DNA of 52,708 nucleotides from Alphaproteobacteria bacterium (GTDB lineage Bacteria; Pseudomonadota; Alphaproteobacteria; Micavibrionales; UBA2020): NCBI GenBank assembly GCA_028817795.1, contig JAPPOU010000038.1, positions 1 to 52,708 of the forward strand, read 5' to 3'. Shown piece by piece: positions 52,243 to 52,708 of this stretch (position 1 is its first letter; each line of letters starts with the position of its first letter). The notes under the pieces were generated by a model. It saw only the letters and a program-made list of their open reading frames with translations, ran no database searches and was not told where the DNA came from. The position numbers and the translations under genes were made by a program.

Positions 52243-52708
52243 GGCGCGCCTCCTGCCTGTAAATTCTGCAGATGTATTTTCAAGGCTTCTATGTCACGGC
52301 GTTGCCGTGCCTCAATATCTTCTTGCTCCTGCACGGCCTTGACCAAAGGCGCAAGAATATCGGCATGGCGCAATCTGTACATGTGCGCAGCGCTATCATC
52401 TTGCGTTACCATGTTTGTTTTACGACCTTCCAAAACGCCCTCAACCTCTTGCGCGATAAAGCCGTAATCCACTTTCTTGTTTCCATCTATACGCATATAG
52501 GAAACGGGGCGCAGCTTCATGATAAACGCAAGGCCCAAGTCGCTGTCTGTAATGTCTGTCTTTAACCGTGCATCTGACGTCGCCGTGAAACTGGCGGGCT
52601 GGGCGGCGATTGTCGTGACGCTGCCGTTACCAATATACAAGTAATTGCACGCCGTAGCCGTTGCGAAAAAACAAATTGCCGTCGCGTTCGTTAAGTTACT
52701 GGCATTCA
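52239..52708 (-). CDS. 3' end of a second, paralogous giant fibre gene (continues beyond the window)
   Basis: The frame stays open to the window edge (...NASNLTNATAICFFATATACNYLYIGNGS...); the track's M at 52640 is a TTG. The C-terminus SDARLKTDITDSDLGLAFIMKLRPVSY...YGFIAQEVEGVLEGR is the same S74-like domain. Confidence 0.8.
   Translation of the reverse strand, partial: NASNLTNATAICFFATATACNYLYIGNGSVTTIAAQPASFTATSDARLKTDITDSDLGLAFIMKLRPVSYMRIDGNKKVDYGFIAQEVEGVLEGRKTNMVTQDDSAAHMYRLRHADILAPLVKAVQEQEDIEARQRRDIEALKIHLQNLQAGGAP

Noticed and set aside
47512-52708. Prophage remnant, suggested by the tail-fibre/tailspike-type S74 chaperone domain.
   Set aside because: No other phage genes (integrase, terminase, capsid, baseplate, lysis) are in the window. 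The genes abut dprA directly and carry a pilin-like, membrane-targeting N-terminus that phage fibres lack.

Overview
Chromosomal window that looks alphaproteobacterial. This is inferred from gene neighbourhoods (radA-cvpA, yfgM-bamB-der, plsY-dprA, rpmI-rplT, hsp20-DUF1150 with a ROSE-like leader), not from any search. Most of it is housekeeping: pepA, htpX-like, tRNA-Ala(GGC), pyrE, rpmI/rplT, radA, der, bamB, lipB, pyrB, plsY and dprA. Three things stand out. (1) At 29.1-40.3 kb there is a compact type IV filament (pilus/T2SS-like) locus. It has a CheY-type receiver, a lipoprotein secretin with a poly-Ser linker, a GspE/PilB-type ATPase, a GspF/PilC-type platform, a short divergent prepilin peptidase, several unrecognisable membrane proteins and two pilin-like genes without the canonical G|FTLIE/Glu5 motif. 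(2) At 47.5-52.7 kb there are two tandem, translationally coupled giant fibre genes (one of 1576 aa, one cut by the window edge). They join the same unusual pilin-like N-terminus and a GspG-like pseudopilin signature to a long NTAxG beta-helix-type repeat array and a C-terminal phage-tailspike-type (peptidase S74-like) intramolecular chaperone domain. I consider loci (1) and (2) together the best candidate for an undescribed system, possibly a pilus-associated or pilus-machinery-dependent trimeric adhesin fibre. (3) Seven small ankyrin-repeat genes are scattered through the window. Six of them share a conserved C-terminal tail (...A-x3-G-T-x3-R-[KR]-[IV]-x-R..., then a basic/Pro-Gly end) that is conserved at protein level rather than DNA level. 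Smaller observations: an in-frame TAA inside the HPt domain of a hybrid histidine kinase; two MITE/REP-like palindromic elements; a structured region with a well-signalled 38-codon ORF next to the tRNA; and an HNH-motif protein coupled to lipB. I recognised no rRNA, CRISPR array, transposase, integrase or prophage gene set. All functional calls rest on motifs read by eye from the supplied translations, and no database search was run.
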